Positions 1-10,210 of a stretch of DNA of 38,503 nt are shown piece after piece. Each line of letters starts with the position of its first letter. Positions within the stretch are counted from its first letter, which is position 1. The notes under the pieces are model-generated. The model saw only the letters and a program-made list of their open reading frames with translations. It had not been told where the DNA came from and made no database searches. The stretch lies in the sequence record DRR378314_1976. One strand, 5' to 3'. A program made the position numbers and the translations under genes.

Positions 1-2
1 AA

Positions 3-1016
3 GCTGCAGAAAAGTTAATGGTTGTTGGTGCGTTTTGCATTGGGACTAAGCAAATTGATTTAGAAACTTGTAAAGAAAATGGAGTAGTCGTATTTAATGC
101 GCCATATAGTAATACACGTTCTGTAGTAGAATTAGCAATTGGAGAAATTATTATGCTAATGCGTAGTGTTTTTCAAAGAAGTACTGAGCTGCATAACGGA
201 CAATGGAACAAAACAGCACAAGGTTCAAAAGAAGTTCGTGGTAAAAAACTCGGTATTGTAGGTTATGGAAATATTGGTAAACAATTATCAATTTTGGCTG
301 AAGCATTGGGGATGGATGTGTATTATTATGATGTAGAAGATAAGTTGGCATTAGGAAATGCTACAAAAATTGAAAAGTTAGCTGATTTGTTAGCAATTTC
401 TGATGTGGTTACATTACATATTGATGACAATGCAGCGAATAAAAATTTTATTGGAGCAAAAGAAATTTCTCAAATGAAAGATGGCGCTCATTTAGTAAAT
501 CTTTCACGAGGTTTTGTAGTTGATATTAATGCGTTAACCAAAGCACTAAAAAAAGGTAAAATTGCAGGTGCAGCAGTAGATGTGTATCCAGAAGAACCAA
601 GAGCAAATGGCGGTTTTTATACCGAATTAAAAGGATTGAATAATGTAATTTTAACACCACATGTTGGAGGAAGTACTGAAGAAGCACAAAAAGACATTGC
701 AGATTTTGTGCCTAGTAAAATGATGGCGTATATCAATTCTGGAAATACCGTTGATGCTGTTAATTTTCCAAATATAAGATTACCAAAACATAGCAATGCA
801 CATAGGTTTTTGCATATACATAAAAATGTACCTGGTGTAATGGCTAGAATTAATAAGGTTTTGGCTAAATATGATATGAATATTATTGGGCAATATTTAT
901 CTACAGATGAAAAAGTAGGTTATGTAATTACAGATGTAGATAAAGAGTATAATCAAAAAGTAATTAATAAGTTAAAAGAAGTAGACGGTACGATAAAGTT
1001 TAGAGTACTTTATTAA
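3..1016 (+). CDS. serA: D-3-phosphoglycerate dehydrogenase with C-terminal ACT domain (5'-truncated by window edge)
   Basis: Frame is open from position 3. Motifs FCIGT, FNAPYSNTRSVVE, GIVGYGNIG, NLSRG, DVYPEEP, LTPHVGGSTEEAQ and ACT HKNVPG. Confidence 0.95.
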   Translation, partial: AAEKLMVVGAFCIGTKQIDLETCKENGVVVFNAPYSNTRSVVELAIGEIIMLMRSVFQRSTELHNGQWNKTAQGSKEVRGKKLGIVGYGNIGKQLSILAEALGMDVYYYDVEDKLALGNATKIEKLADLLAISDVVTLHIDDNAANKNFIGAKEISQMKDGAHLVNLSRGFVVDINALTKALKKGKIAGAAVDVYPEEPRANGGFYTELKGLNNVILTPHVGGSTEEAQKDIADFVPSKMMAYINSGNTVDAVNFPNIRLPKHSNAHRFLHIHKNVPGVMARINKVLAKYDMNIIGQYLSTDEKVGYVITDVDKEYNQKVINKLKEVDGTIKFRVLY

Positions 1017-1030
1017 TTAGAAATATATAT

Positions 1031-1061
1031 AAAGAGGCTTCCAATTTGGAGGCCTTTTTTT
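1031..1061. terminator. Bidirectional intrinsic terminator between convergent serA and NlpC/P60 genes
   Basis: aggcttcca-att-tggaggcct hairpin (1035-1055), with an A-rich left flank and a T run on the right. Confidence 0.85.
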
Positions 1062-2253
1062 ATGGTTTAATTTTTAAATCTTTCTTCAAATCAATAATTT
1101 TATTATCCTCAATACCTAAATAACGTCTACTTCCTAAATAACGATTCTTATTAAATTCATCATAATGTGGTTGGTCTTTATTAATAGAGCTTAAATGCAC
1201 ATTTTTAGAAGAGTGAATAAACTCTCCTTTACCATTTCCTAACCAAATACCTACATGGGTAACTCGTTGTTTTTTGTTTTCTGTAGCAGGTCTTCCAAAG
1301 AAAAGTAAGTCTCCTTTTTCTAAGCCTTCAAATTTTAAATTTTCATCAACTACTTTTCCTGCGTGTATTTGTTGTGATGCATCTCTAGGGATTACAAAGC
1401 CGTTCATTAAGTATACTGTTTTTGTAAATCCACTACAGTCATTTCCTTTGGTAGAGGTTCCTCCCCATAAATAAGGAACTCCTAACATGGTTTTAGCTGA
1501 GGTTTCTATAAAGTCTGAATTTGATGGATTGTTTTTTAGCCAAGAGTTATAAAGAACTGCATCTTGTTTTTTTATAAAGCCAATTCTAGCATCAGGATAT
1601 GTTACTTCGTAAAATGAAGAATGTTCTTTAGTTAAGGCAACTACTCCTCCAAAGACGATATCAGAAACAGGAGTAGATTTTATATCTTTTTGAGAATAAA
1701 CAGTTCCAGAAGTTGCTGTAAAAATGATTTTCCTTTTTTGATTCCACTTATCAAATTCTACTTTATCCATTTGTTTAATTCCACCATGATCAACCCAAGA
1801 AATATATTTATCTGGAGTTTGTACCCTGTAAAAATCTCCCTTTTTGTCTAACACTCTTAGTTGCATACCAAGTAAACCTTGTGTTCCTAATTCGGCAGAA
1901 TGTTTTGGTTTAGATCTGATATTAATAACAGAGTTGTTACCAATAGCGTAAGTTTTATTGCCAACCGCAGTATCAGGTAAAATTCTGACATGATTAGTAA
2001 ATTCTAGTTTTCTGTTTTTTAAGCTGTCTAATAGAACTGTTAGAGCTTTCGTATTGGTTGTTGTCCCTTTTAAAATACTTTTATTTCCTTTGTTTATAAA
2101 TTGAATTTCAAACAGATCAACTCTTTTGTCAGGTGCATATTCTTTTTTAATACTTGCATGTAGATTTTCTAAATCGTCAATAGTATTCGACTTTTCACCG
2201 CAAGAAATTAATATAGAGATAAATACAAAGAATAATAATTTGAAGATTTTCAT
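1060..2253 (-). CDS. SH3b + NlpC/P60 (C40) peptidase lipoprotein, YkfC/dipeptidyl-peptidase VI-like
   Basis: PYLWGG..GNDCSGF, PRDASQQ, GDLLFF, THVGI, FIHSS; lipobox LISC. Start moved to MKIFK (2253) because of the signal peptide and a TActTTAG element at 2270-2277. Confidence 0.88.
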   Translation of the reverse strand: MKIFKLLFFVFISILISCGEKSNTIDDLENLHASIKKEYAPDKRVDLFEIQFINKGNKSILKGTTTNTKALTVLLDSLKNRKLEFTNHVRILPDTAVGNKTYAIGNNSVINIRSKPKHSAELGTQGLLGMQLRVLDKKGDFYRVQTPDKYISWVDHGGIKQMDKVEFDKWNQKRKIIFTATSGTVYSQKDIKSTPVSDIVFGGVVALTKEHSSFYEVTYPDARIGFIKKQDAVLYNSWLKNNPSNSDFIETSAKTMLGVPYLWGGTSTKGNDCSGFTKTVYLMNGFVIPRDASQQIHAGKVVDENLKFEGLEKGDLLFFGRPATENKKQRVTHVGIWLGNGKGEFIHSSKNVHLSSINKDQPHYDEFNKNRYLGSRRYLGIEDNKIIDLKKDLKIKP

Positions 2254-2295
2254 TGAGTATAATTTTGGTCTAAAGTACAAAATACTGGTATGTAA

Positions 2296-3048
2296 TTACA
2301 AGTTAATTTTTGAAGCACCATTTTTTAATATTGAGATGTAGTTTTTAACGTTTTTCAATTCAAATCTGCTGGAAGGGCCAGAAGCACTAATGCTGCCAAT
2401 TAACTTATGGTTTTTGTTAAAAATAGGAATGGCAATACAAATTAAACCCAGTTCAAACTCTTCTAAGTCCAATGCATATCCTTGTTTTTTTGTTTTATTT
2501 AATTGAATTAATAACTCTTTTTTATTGGTGATTGTGTTTTTAGTGTAGGAATTAAAAGTAATCGAATTTAATAAGCTTTCTTTTTTTGTTTCTGAAGAAA
2601 AAGCAAGTAATACCTTGCCAATTGCAGTGGCATGAATTGGTTGGTAGGAACCTACTGTTGTACTAATTTTTAATCCTTGAATGCTTTCTGCTTTATTAAT
2701 GTAAAATACTTGATGCTCTTTTAAAACACCAAACAAAACTGTTTCTTGAATGTTGATTGCAATATCTCTAATCGGAATTTTAGTGGCATTAATTAATGAT
2801 TGGTATAATGAAACTCGATTGCCTAATTCAAATAATTTACTGCCTAAGCTATACTTTTCATTTTCATTTTGTTGAACAGCATTTAAAGAAACTAAGGTGC
2901 TTAATAATCGGTAAGTTGTGCTTTTATTATAGCCAGATTTTGCAGCCAATTCTCTAACACCCCATTCTTTTTTATCTGAAGTAAAAGATTCTAGCAAATT
3001 AAATGCTTTAATTATGGATTGGTTTAGGTTTTTAGAAGCTGTTTCCAT
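2296..3048 (-). CDS. IclR family transcriptional regulator
   Basis: N-terminal HTH (GVRELAAKSGYNKSTTYRLL), HATAIGKVLLAF, GYALDLEEFELGLICIAIPIF, ISASGP. Confidence 0.93.
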   Translation of the reverse strand: METASKNLNQSIIKAFNLLESFTSDKKEWGVRELAAKSGYNKSTTYRLLSTLVSLNAVQQNENEKYSLGSKLFELGNRVSLYQSLINATKIPIRDIAINIQETVLFGVLKEHQVFYINKAESIQGLKISTTVGSYQPIHATAIGKVLLAFSSETKKESLLNSITFNSYTKNTITNKKELLIQLNKTKKQGYALDLEEFELGLICIAIPIFNKNHKLIGSISASGPSSRFELKNVKNYISILKNGASKINL

Positions 3049-3108
3049 GGAGTTTTTGTAAAATCATTTTGGCTAATATAAGATAAAAGTGTAGATTTAT
3101 AAAACGCC

Positions 3109-3125
3109 GTTTCATATAGTGAAAC
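3109..3125. promoter_or_regulatory. Palindromic operator, probable IclR site
   Basis: GTTTCA-tatag-TGAAAC perfect inverted repeat in the IclR/kynU divergent spacer. Confidence 0.65.
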
Positions 3126-3213
3126 ACTTAAGAGTTTTTAGATAAGAGAATCGTGTCAAAAAACGTATCTTTAGTGTTCTAATGAAAAGGTTAGATAATA
3201 GAAATAATAAGAA

Positions 3214-4473
3214 ATGTATCAAGACAGTTTAGCCTACGCACAGCAACAAGACAAACAAGATAAATTAGCACATTTAAGAACTCAATTTCATATTCCTAAA
3301 GATAAAAACGGGAATGATTGGTTGTATTTTACCGGAAATTCTTTGGGTTTACAACCTAAGAATACTCAGAAGTATATTCAACAAGAATTAGATGATTGGG
3401 CTAATTATGGTGTAGAAGGTCATTTTGAAGCAAAAAATCCTTGGTTGCCATATCATGAGTTTTTGACCGAGAATATGGCAAAGATTGTGGGAGCAAATCC
3501 ATTAGAGGTTGTTATTATGAATACATTAACAACCAACCTGCATTTGTTAATGGTGTCTTTTTATCAGCCAATCAAAAAGAAATATAAAATTGTTATTGAA
3601 TCTGATGCCTTTCCATCAGATAGATATGCGGTGCAATCGCAATTAAAATTTCATGGATTTGATGTAGATGAAGGATTGATAGAATGGAAACCGAGAGCTG
3701 GAGAAGAATTGCTAAATATTGAAGATTTAGAATCAATTGTTGAAGAGCAAGGAGATGAAATAGCATTGCTACTAATTGGTGGTGTAAATTATTACACTGG
3801 GCAATATCTAGATTTGAAAAGAATTGCAAAAATTGGTCATGCTAAAGAATGTATGGTCGGAATAGATTTAGCACATGGAGCGGGAAATATTTCTCCAGAG
3901 TTACACGATTCTGGGGTTGATTTTGCTGCTTGGTGTACTTATAAATATTTGAATTCTGGGCCAGGAAGTTTAGGTGGCTTGTTTGTACATGAAAAGCATG
4001 CGCATAATAAAGATTTACCACGTTTTTCAGGTTGGTGGAATCATAACAAAGAAACGCGTTTTAACATGCGTCAGCCATTTGATGTAATGCCTGGAGCTGA
4101 AGGTTGGCAATTGTCTAATCCTCCAATTTTATCCATGGCAGCAATTAAAGCATCACTAGATATGTTTGCTGAGGTTGGTATGAAAGCATTGCGTGATAAA
4201 TCAGAAAAGTTAACAGGCTATTTTGAGTTTCTAATCAATCAAATAGATTCTGATAGTATTAAAATTATCACTCCTTCTAATCCAAAAGAAAGAGGTTGTC
4301 AATTGTCTATACAAGTTAAAGATGCAGATAAAAGTTTGCATCAAAAACTAACAGATAATAATATCATTACAGATTGGCGAGAGCCAGATGTGATCCGTTG
4401 TGCACCAGTGCCAATGTATAACAGTTTTGAAGATGTGTTTAGAATGGTGAGTATTTTAAAAGGTTTGTTATAA
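3214..4473 (+). CDS. kynU: Kynureninase (3-hydroxykynurenine-preferring type)
   Basis: YFTGNSLGLQP, FPSDRY, DLAHGAGN, WCTYKYLNSGPG, GWW, LSNPP, RGCQLS, DWREPDVIR. Confidence 0.97.
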   Translation: MYQDSLAYAQQQDKQDKLAHLRTQFHIPKDKNGNDWLYFTGNSLGLQPKNTQKYIQQELDDWANYGVEGHFEAKNPWLPYHEFLTENMAKIVGANPLEVVIMNTLTTNLHLLMVSFYQPIKKKYKIVIESDAFPSDRYAVQSQLKFHGFDVDEGLIEWKPRAGEELLNIEDLESIVEEQGDEIALLLIGGVNYYTGQYLDLKRIAKIGHAKECMVGIDLAHGAGNISPELHDSGVDFAAWCTYKYLNSGPGSLGGLFVHEKHAHNKDLPRFSGWWNHNKETRFNMRQPFDVMPGAEGWQLSNPPILSMAAIKASLDMFAEVGMKALRDKSEKLTGYFEFLINQIDSDSIKIITPSNPKERGCQLSIQVKDADKSLHQKLTDNNIITDWREPDVIRCAPVPMYNSFEDVFRMVSILKGLL

Positions 4474-4474
4474 A

Positions 4475-5881
4475 ATGAATAAACAAGAGAATATATTAAT
4501 AATTGGAGCTGGATTATGTGGCTCATTATTAGCCTTACGTTTAGCACAAAGAGGCTTTAAAGTTGATGTTTATGAAAGGAGGCCAGATTTACGTATTACA
4601 GATATTTCTGCTGGAAGATCTATAAATTTAGCTTTGTCAGATAGAGGTTTTAAAGCTTTACGGTTGGCAGGTGTTGAAGAAAAGGCGCGTGAAATTTGTA
4701 TACCAATGTATGGACGATTAGTTCATGACATAGCTGGAAATACATTTGCGTCAAATTATTCTGGAAGAGAAGGGGAATATATCAATTCGATATCCAGAGG
4801 AGATTTAAACGGAATTTTACTAACAGAAGCTGAAGAACATGAAAATGTATCGATTCATTTTAATAAGAAGTGTGTTAAAATAGATATTGAAAATTCAATA
4901 GCAACTTTTGAAGATTATATAACAAAAGAGCATATAAGTGTTAATCCTGATGTGATTTTTGGAACAGATGGAGCTGGTTCTGTTTTACGTAAAAGCTATT
5001 ATTTAGAAAGAAAATTTTTGTTTAGTTATTCACAAGAATATTTAACACATGGTTATAAAGAATTAGAAATTCCGGCAGATGTTAATGGCAAACACCAAAT
5101 AAGTAAAGATCATTTACATATTTGGCCTCGTGGTGAGTATATGTTAATTGCTTTGCCAAATATGGATGGTAGTTTTACCGTAACTTTATTTTTAGGAAAT
5201 GAAGAAGGTGTGTACCATTTTAAAGGTTTAAATTCTGAAGAAAAAATAGCTCACTTTTTTAAAGAACAGTTTCCGGATGCATTAGAATTAATTCCAAATA
5301 TTTCTGATGAATTTGCAAACAATCCAACAGGTGCTCTAGGAACAGTGAAATGTTCGCCTTGGTCATATAAAAATAATACATTAATTATGGGAGATGCTGC
5401 ACATGCTGTAGTGCCATTTTATGGGCAAGGTATGAATGCTTCTTTTGAAGATGTAGTTGTTTTGGATGAGGTTTTAGATCAAAATTTGAATAATTGGGAA
5501 GCAACTTTTAAAGCTTATGAAAAGAAAAGGAAAAATGATGCAGATGCTATTGGAGAATTGGCAGTAGAGAATTATTATGAAATGCGAGATCATGTTGCAA
5601 ACCCACTTTTTAAGCAAAAACGTAAAATAGAAATGGACTTGGAGAAGAATTTTCCTTCTGTATACTTTTCTAAATATTCTATGGTAACGTTTAATGCTGA
5701 AATTGGATATTATGAAGCCATGATGAAAGGAAGAGCACAGGATAAAGCATTATTAAACATGATTGCTGATAAAAATATATCAACATCTATGGAGATGACA
5801 AAAGATGAATTAGCAATTGTGTTGCAAAAAGTACAAGAAGAAACCAATACAATTTTGCAAGAAGATAAAACGCTGGATTGA
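4475..5881 (+). CDS. kmo: Kynurenine 3-monooxygenase
   Basis: GAGLCG Rossmann motif, GRSINLALSDRG, GYKELEIP, LHIWPRG, GDAAHAVVPFYGQGMNASFED. Confidence 0.95.
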   Translation: MNKQENILIIGAGLCGSLLALRLAQRGFKVDVYERRPDLRITDISAGRSINLALSDRGFKALRLAGVEEKAREICIPMYGRLVHDIAGNTFASNYSGREGEYINSISRGDLNGILLTEAEEHENVSIHFNKKCVKIDIENSIATFEDYITKEHISVNPDVIFGTDGAGSVLRKSYYLERKFLFSYSQEYLTHGYKELEIPADVNGKHQISKDHLHIWPRGEYMLIALPNMDGSFTVTLFLGNEEGVYHFKGLNSEEKIAHFFKEQFPDALELIPNISDEFANNPTGALGTVKCSPWSYKNNTLIMGDAAHAVVPFYGQGMNASFEDVVVLDEVLDQNLNNWEATFKAYEKKRKNDADAIGELAVENYYEMRDHVANPLFKQKRKIEMDLEKNFPSVYFSKYSMVTFNAEIGYYEAMMKGRAQDKALLNMIADKNISTSMEMTKDELAIVLQKVQEETNTILQEDKTLD

Positions 5882-5885
5882 GTTA

Positions 5886-6416
5886 ATGCAAACATATATT
5901 GTCATATTAAGAGGGGTTAATGTATCTGGAAATAATAAACTTCCAATGGCAGAACTCCGTTATTTATTGAATGATTTAAAGTTTGAAAATGTGCAGACCT
6001 ATATTCAGAGTGGAAATATTGTTTTAAATTCTGAATTGTCTAAAGACGAAGTTATTGAAAGTGTAAAGAATGGAATTGTATCAAAATTTGGGTTTAATGT
6101 TGCTGTATTGGCAAAAACCATTTCAGAATGGGAAAATGCGATTGCAAATAATCCATATCCAACTAATAATCATAAAATCGTATCTTTTACTTTTTTAAGT
6201 GAAATGTCAAAAGAAACAACGGTTGAAGTGAATATTACTAATGATGATCGGTATTCTGTAATTAATGACATGGTGTACATGTACTGTCCAGACGGATTTG
6301 GAAAAACAAAATTGACTAATAATTTGTTTGAAAGAAAGTTAAAAGTAACAGCTACTTCTCGTAATTATAGAACAACTATAAAATTGTTAGAGATAGCAAA
6401 AAACAATAATAACTAA
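5886..6416 (+). CDS. DUF1697 family protein
   Basis: LRGVNVSG..KLPMAEL, VQTYIQSGN, ATSRNYRT. Start set at ATG 5886, just after the kmo stop. Confidence 0.88.
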   Translation: MQTYIVILRGVNVSGNNKLPMAELRYLLNDLKFENVQTYIQSGNIVLNSELSKDEVIESVKNGIVSKFGFNVAVLAKTISEWENAIANNPYPTNNHKIVSFTFLSEMSKETTVEVNITNDDRYSVINDMVYMYCPDGFGKTKLTNNLFERKLKVTATSRNYRTTIKLLEIAKNNNN

Positions 6417-7552
6417 TGAAATATACTATTATTGGCGCTGGTATTGGAGGTTTAACAACCGCATTAGCTTTTCAAAAAAGAGGAATAGATTATGAGATTT
6501 TTGAAAGAGCAACTGAATTAAATGAAGTTGGAGCAGGAATTTGGTTAGCACCAAATGCATTGCAAGTATTAGAATCGTTAGATATTTTAGATGAGGTGCA
6601 AGTAAATGGGAATAATATTGATAGAATTACAATTGGAAAACCAAATTTAGAACCGATATCCGATAGCATACAAGATAACATTGAGAAAACCTTTGGGTAT
6701 ACAACAGTTGCAATACATAGAGCAAGGTTACAGAAAGTGTTGTTTGATAAAATCCCATCAAATAAAATTCAATTAAATAAAGGTTTTCATTCATATCAAG
6801 AATTACAATCGGGTAAAATAAAAGTTGTTTTTGATGACAAAAGTAGTGTTGAAACTGATTTTTTAATTGGAGCAGATGGAATCAATTCAAAAGTTAGAAG
6901 TCAGCTTTTTCCTTATAGTAGAGCAAGGTATTCTGGACAAACTTGTTGGAGAGGAATTGCAGATATTCAACTAGAGGATAAATATAAGCATCGAGGATAT
7001 GAATTGTGGGGAAATCAAATTAGGTTTGGAATCTCTAGAATTTCAGAAGGAAAAGTATATTGGTTTGCTGTGGTTTTGGCTGAAGAGAATAGTAAGCAAA
7101 ATGCTAGTTTAGTAAAAAAAGATTTAACTGCATTATTTTCAGACTTTCATCCGTTAATAAATATGTTAATTAATCAAACGCCTCTTGATAAAATCATAAA
7201 AAGTGATATCAATGACTTGAAACCATTAAATAAATGGTATGAAAATAATATTTGTTTAATTGGTGATGCTGGACACGCAACTACACCTAATATGGGACAA
7301 GGAGGAGCTCAGGCTATAGAAGATGCTTTTTACCTAAGTAATGCAATAAAAGAAGTTGAAGGAAATGCTTTTGAATTATTTCAGAAAAGAAGAATGAAAA
7401 AAGTTAATGCCATTGTAAAGCAATCTTGGAATACTGGGAAAATAGCTCATTGGAAATATGGTAGAAATGCAAGAAATTTTATCATACAAAATATGCCTAA
7501 CAATGTTATAGAAAAGAAAATGATAAAATTATACGAATTAGAACAATTTTAG
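6416..7552 (+). CDS. FAD-dependent monooxygenase (group A flavoprotein aromatic hydroxylase), substrate unknown
   Basis: GAGIGG, GAGIWL.PNA, IGADGINS, LIGDAGHATTPNMGQGGAQAIEDA. TAATG overlap with DUF1697. Confidence 0.88.
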   Translation: MKYTIIGAGIGGLTTALAFQKRGIDYEIFERATELNEVGAGIWLAPNALQVLESLDILDEVQVNGNNIDRITIGKPNLEPISDSIQDNIEKTFGYTTVAIHRARLQKVLFDKIPSNKIQLNKGFHSYQELQSGKIKVVFDDKSSVETDFLIGADGINSKVRSQLFPYSRARYSGQTCWRGIADIQLEDKYKHRGYELWGNQIRFGISRISEGKVYWFAVVLAEENSKQNASLVKKDLTALFSDFHPLINMLINQTPLDKIIKSDINDLKPLNKWYENNICLIGDAGHATTPNMGQGGAQAIEDAFYLSNAIKEVEGNAFELFQKRRMKKVNAIVKQSWNTGKIAHWKYGRNARNFIIQNMPNNVIEKKMIKLYELEQF

Positions 7553-7558
7553 AAAAGA

Positions 7559-7963
7559 ATGGAAGAAAAAAAAGTTACACCAAGAGGCGCCTATCCACAT
7601 GTAAAAATAGTAGGAGATTTTATATTTGTTTCAGGGACTAGTTCTAGAAGACCAGACAATAGCATTGCTGGTGTTGATATTATTGATGAAATGGGGACTA
7701 AATACTTAAACGCAGAAACACAAACTAGAGAAGTGTTGAATAATATTGATAAGAATTTACAAAAAGTTGGAGCGAGTATTAAAGATGTAGTAGATGTGTC
7801 TACTTTTTTGGTTAATATGAATGATTTTGCAGGGTATAATAAAGCTTATGCTGAATTTTTTGATAAGGAAACTGGCCCAACAAGAACTACCGTAGCTGTA
7901 CATCAATTACCACATCCAGATTTAGTTGTGGAAATTAAAGTAACAGTCTATAAGAAAAGCTAA
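7559..7963 (+). CDS. RidA/YjgF family protein, probable 2-aminomuconate deaminase (NbaF/AmnD-like)
   Basis: [36 protein letters not shown]; operon context. Confidence 0.85.
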   Translation: MEEKKVTPRGAYPHVKIVGDFIFVSGTSSRRPDNSIAGVDIIDEMGTKYLNAETQTREVLNNIDKNLQKVGASIKDVVDVSTFLVNMNDFAGYNKAYAEFFDKETGPTRTTVAVHQLPHPDLVVEIKVTVYKKS

Positions 7964-7966
7964 TAA

Positions 7967-9409
7967 ATGAATATTCAAAACTACATTAACGGAAAATTTG
8001 TAAACCCAATAAATGGGAATTATATAGATAATTACAATCCAGCAAATGGAGAAGTATATGGTCAAATTCCAAATTCATCAACAGAAGATGTTGAGTATGC
8101 ATATGAAGCTGCTAAACAAGCTTTTTCTAAATGGTCAAAAACTACATTAGAAGAACGAAGTAGAATTTTAATTAAAATTTCCGAATTATTAGAATCTAAT
8201 TTAGACCGTTTTGCAGGTGCAGAAAGTATTGATAATGGAAAGCCAATTGATTTGGCAAAACAAATTGATATTCCGAGAGCGGCAAGTAATTTTCGATTTT
8301 TTGGAAATGCAATTACACAGTTTGCTTCAGAATCTCATGAAAGTGTAGGGCAAAATGCAATTAATTTTACACTACGCAAACCTATTGGAGTTGTTGGATG
8401 TATATCTCCATGGAATTTGCCTTTGTATTTGTTTACTTGGAAAATTGCACCAGCAATTGCTGCTGGAAATTGTGTAGTTGCAAAACCAAGTGAAGTAACA
8501 CCATTAACAGCATTCTTATTAGGTAGAATTTGTACAGAAGCAGGTTTGCCAAATGGAGTTTTAAATATTGTTCATGGTTTAGGAACCACAACTGGGCAAG
8601 CAATTGTTGAACATCAAAATATCAAAGCAATCTCATTTACTGGTGGAACTACAACTGGGGCACATATTGCCAGTATTGCTGCACCAATGTTTAAAAAGCT
8701 TTCATTGGAGCTAGGAGGAAAAAATCCAAATATCATTTTTTCAGATTGTGATTATGATAAAATGCTAGAAACAACATTACGTTCATCTTTTGCAAATCAA
8801 GGTCAAATTTGTTTGTGTGGAAGTAGAATCTTAGTTGAAGAGTCAATCTATGAAAAGTTTAAGATAGATTTTGTTCAGAAGGTAAAACAATTAAAAGTTG
8901 GACATCCTTCAGAAGAAACAACAAATATTGGAGCTTTAGTTTCAAAATCACATTTAGAAAAAGTTGAATCTTATATTAAATTAGCTCAGGATGAAGGAGG
9001 AAAAATATTATGTGGTGGATTAGAAGTTACTGTGCCTGGATTTGAGAATGGTTATTATTTACAGCCTACAGTTATTGAAGTAACATCTAATGATTGTAGT
9101 ATAAATCAAGAAGAGGTTTTTGGACCTGTAGTTACAATCATGTCTTTTAAAACAGATAAAGAGGCTTTGTACTTAGCAAACGATGTAAAATACGGATTGT
9201 CTGCAACGGTTTGGACTAACAACTTAAATAGAACCATGCAGTTTTCTCAACAGTTACAAGCCGGAATTGTTTGGGTAAACACATGGATGCTTCGTGATTT
9301 AAGAACTCCTTTTGGAGGAGCAAAAGCATCTGGAGTAGGTAGAGAAGGTGGTTTTGAAGCATTACGATTCTTTACCGAACCAAAAAATATATGTATCAAA
9401 TACGAATAA
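7967..9409 (+). CDS. 2-aminomuconate 6-semialdehyde dehydrogenase (ALDH8/HMSDH family)
   Basis: DIPRAASNFRFF, ISPWNLPLYL, LELGGKNP, NQGQICLCGSR, WMLRDLRTPFGG; operon context. Confidence 0.88.
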   Translation: MNIQNYINGKFVNPINGNYIDNYNPANGEVYGQIPNSSTEDVEYAYEAAKQAFSKWSKTTLEERSRILIKISELLESNLDRFAGAESIDNGKPIDLAKQIDIPRAASNFRFFGNAITQFASESHESVGQNAINFTLRKPIGVVGCISPWNLPLYLFTWKIAPAIAAGNCVVAKPSEVTPLTAFLLGRICTEAGLPNGVLNIVHGLGTTTGQAIVEHQNIKAISFTGGTTTGAHIASIAAPMFKKLSLELGGKNPNIIFSDCDYDKMLETTLRSSFANQGQICLCGSRILVEESIYEKFKIDFVQKVKQLKVGHPSEETTNIGALVSKSHLEKVESYIKLAQDEGGKILCGGLEVTVPGFENGYYLQPTVIEVTSNDCSINQEEVFGPVVTIMSFKTDKEALYLANDVKYGLSATVWTNNLNRTMQFSQQLQAGIVWVNTWMLRDLRTPFGGAKASGVGREGGFEALRFFTEPKNICIKYE

Positions 9410-9418
9410 GAAGTTATT

Positions 9419-10189
9419 ATGAATTTAGAAATAAAAAATAAAAACGCATTGGTTTGCGGAAGTACACAAGGAATTGGTAAAGCATCTGCTTTAGGATTGG
9501 CAGCAGAAGGTGTTAATGTTACTTTAATTGCAAGAAATGAAGAAAAGTTGAAAGCTGTTTTAAAAGAATTGCCAGATGGAAACCATAATTATATTGTTGC
9601 AGACTTTTCAAATCCAGAAGAATTAAAAGAAAAGATTACAGCGTCAAATTTAAATTTCCATATTTTAGTAAATAATACAGGAGGTCCTGCAGGAGGCCCA
9701 ATATTTAATGCAAAGCTAGAAGAGTTTGAGTCAGCATTTACACAACATTTAAAATGTAACCATGTATTGGCACAAGCAATTGTTCCGTTTATGAAAGAAG
9801 CAGGATTTGGAAGAATAATCAATGTGATTTCTACTTCAGTTAAACAACCGTTAGATGGTTTAGGAGTTTCAAATACTATTCGAGGAGCAGTGGCAAGTTG
9901 GTCTAAAACTTTAGCTAATGAGTTAGGTCAATTTGGTATTACAGTTAACAATGTTTTACCAGGGGCAACCGGTACAGAACGTTTGAATGAAATTATCAAT
10001 AATAAAGCAAATAAAACAGGATTATCTGTTGATGAGGTTTCTAAAAATATGATGGATGCTTCACCAGCAAAACGATTTGCAAAACCAGAAGAGATTGCAA
10101 ATGCTGTAGTCTTTTTAGCAAGTGAAAAAGCAAGTTTTATCAACGGAATTAATGTCCCAGTTGATGGGGGAAGAACAAAATCTTTGTAG
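9419..10189 (+). CDS. SDR family oxidoreductase with atypical active site
   Basis: GSTQGIG, VNNTGGP, SNTIR in place of YxxxK, NNVLPG, VDGG. Confidence 0.88.
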   Translation: MNLEIKNKNALVCGSTQGIGKASALGLAAEGVNVTLIARNEEKLKAVLKELPDGNHNYIVADFSNPEELKEKITASNLNFHILVNNTGGPAGGPIFNAKLEEFESAFTQHLKCNHVLAQAIVPFMKEAGFGRIINVISTSVKQPLDGLGVSNTIRGAVASWSKTLANELGQFGITVNNVLPGATGTERLNEIINNKANKTGLSVDEVSKNMMDASPAKRFAKPEEIANAVVFLASEKASFINGINVPVDGGRTKSL

Positions 10190-10210
10190 ATTTATAAAAA
10201 ACAGAAAGTC

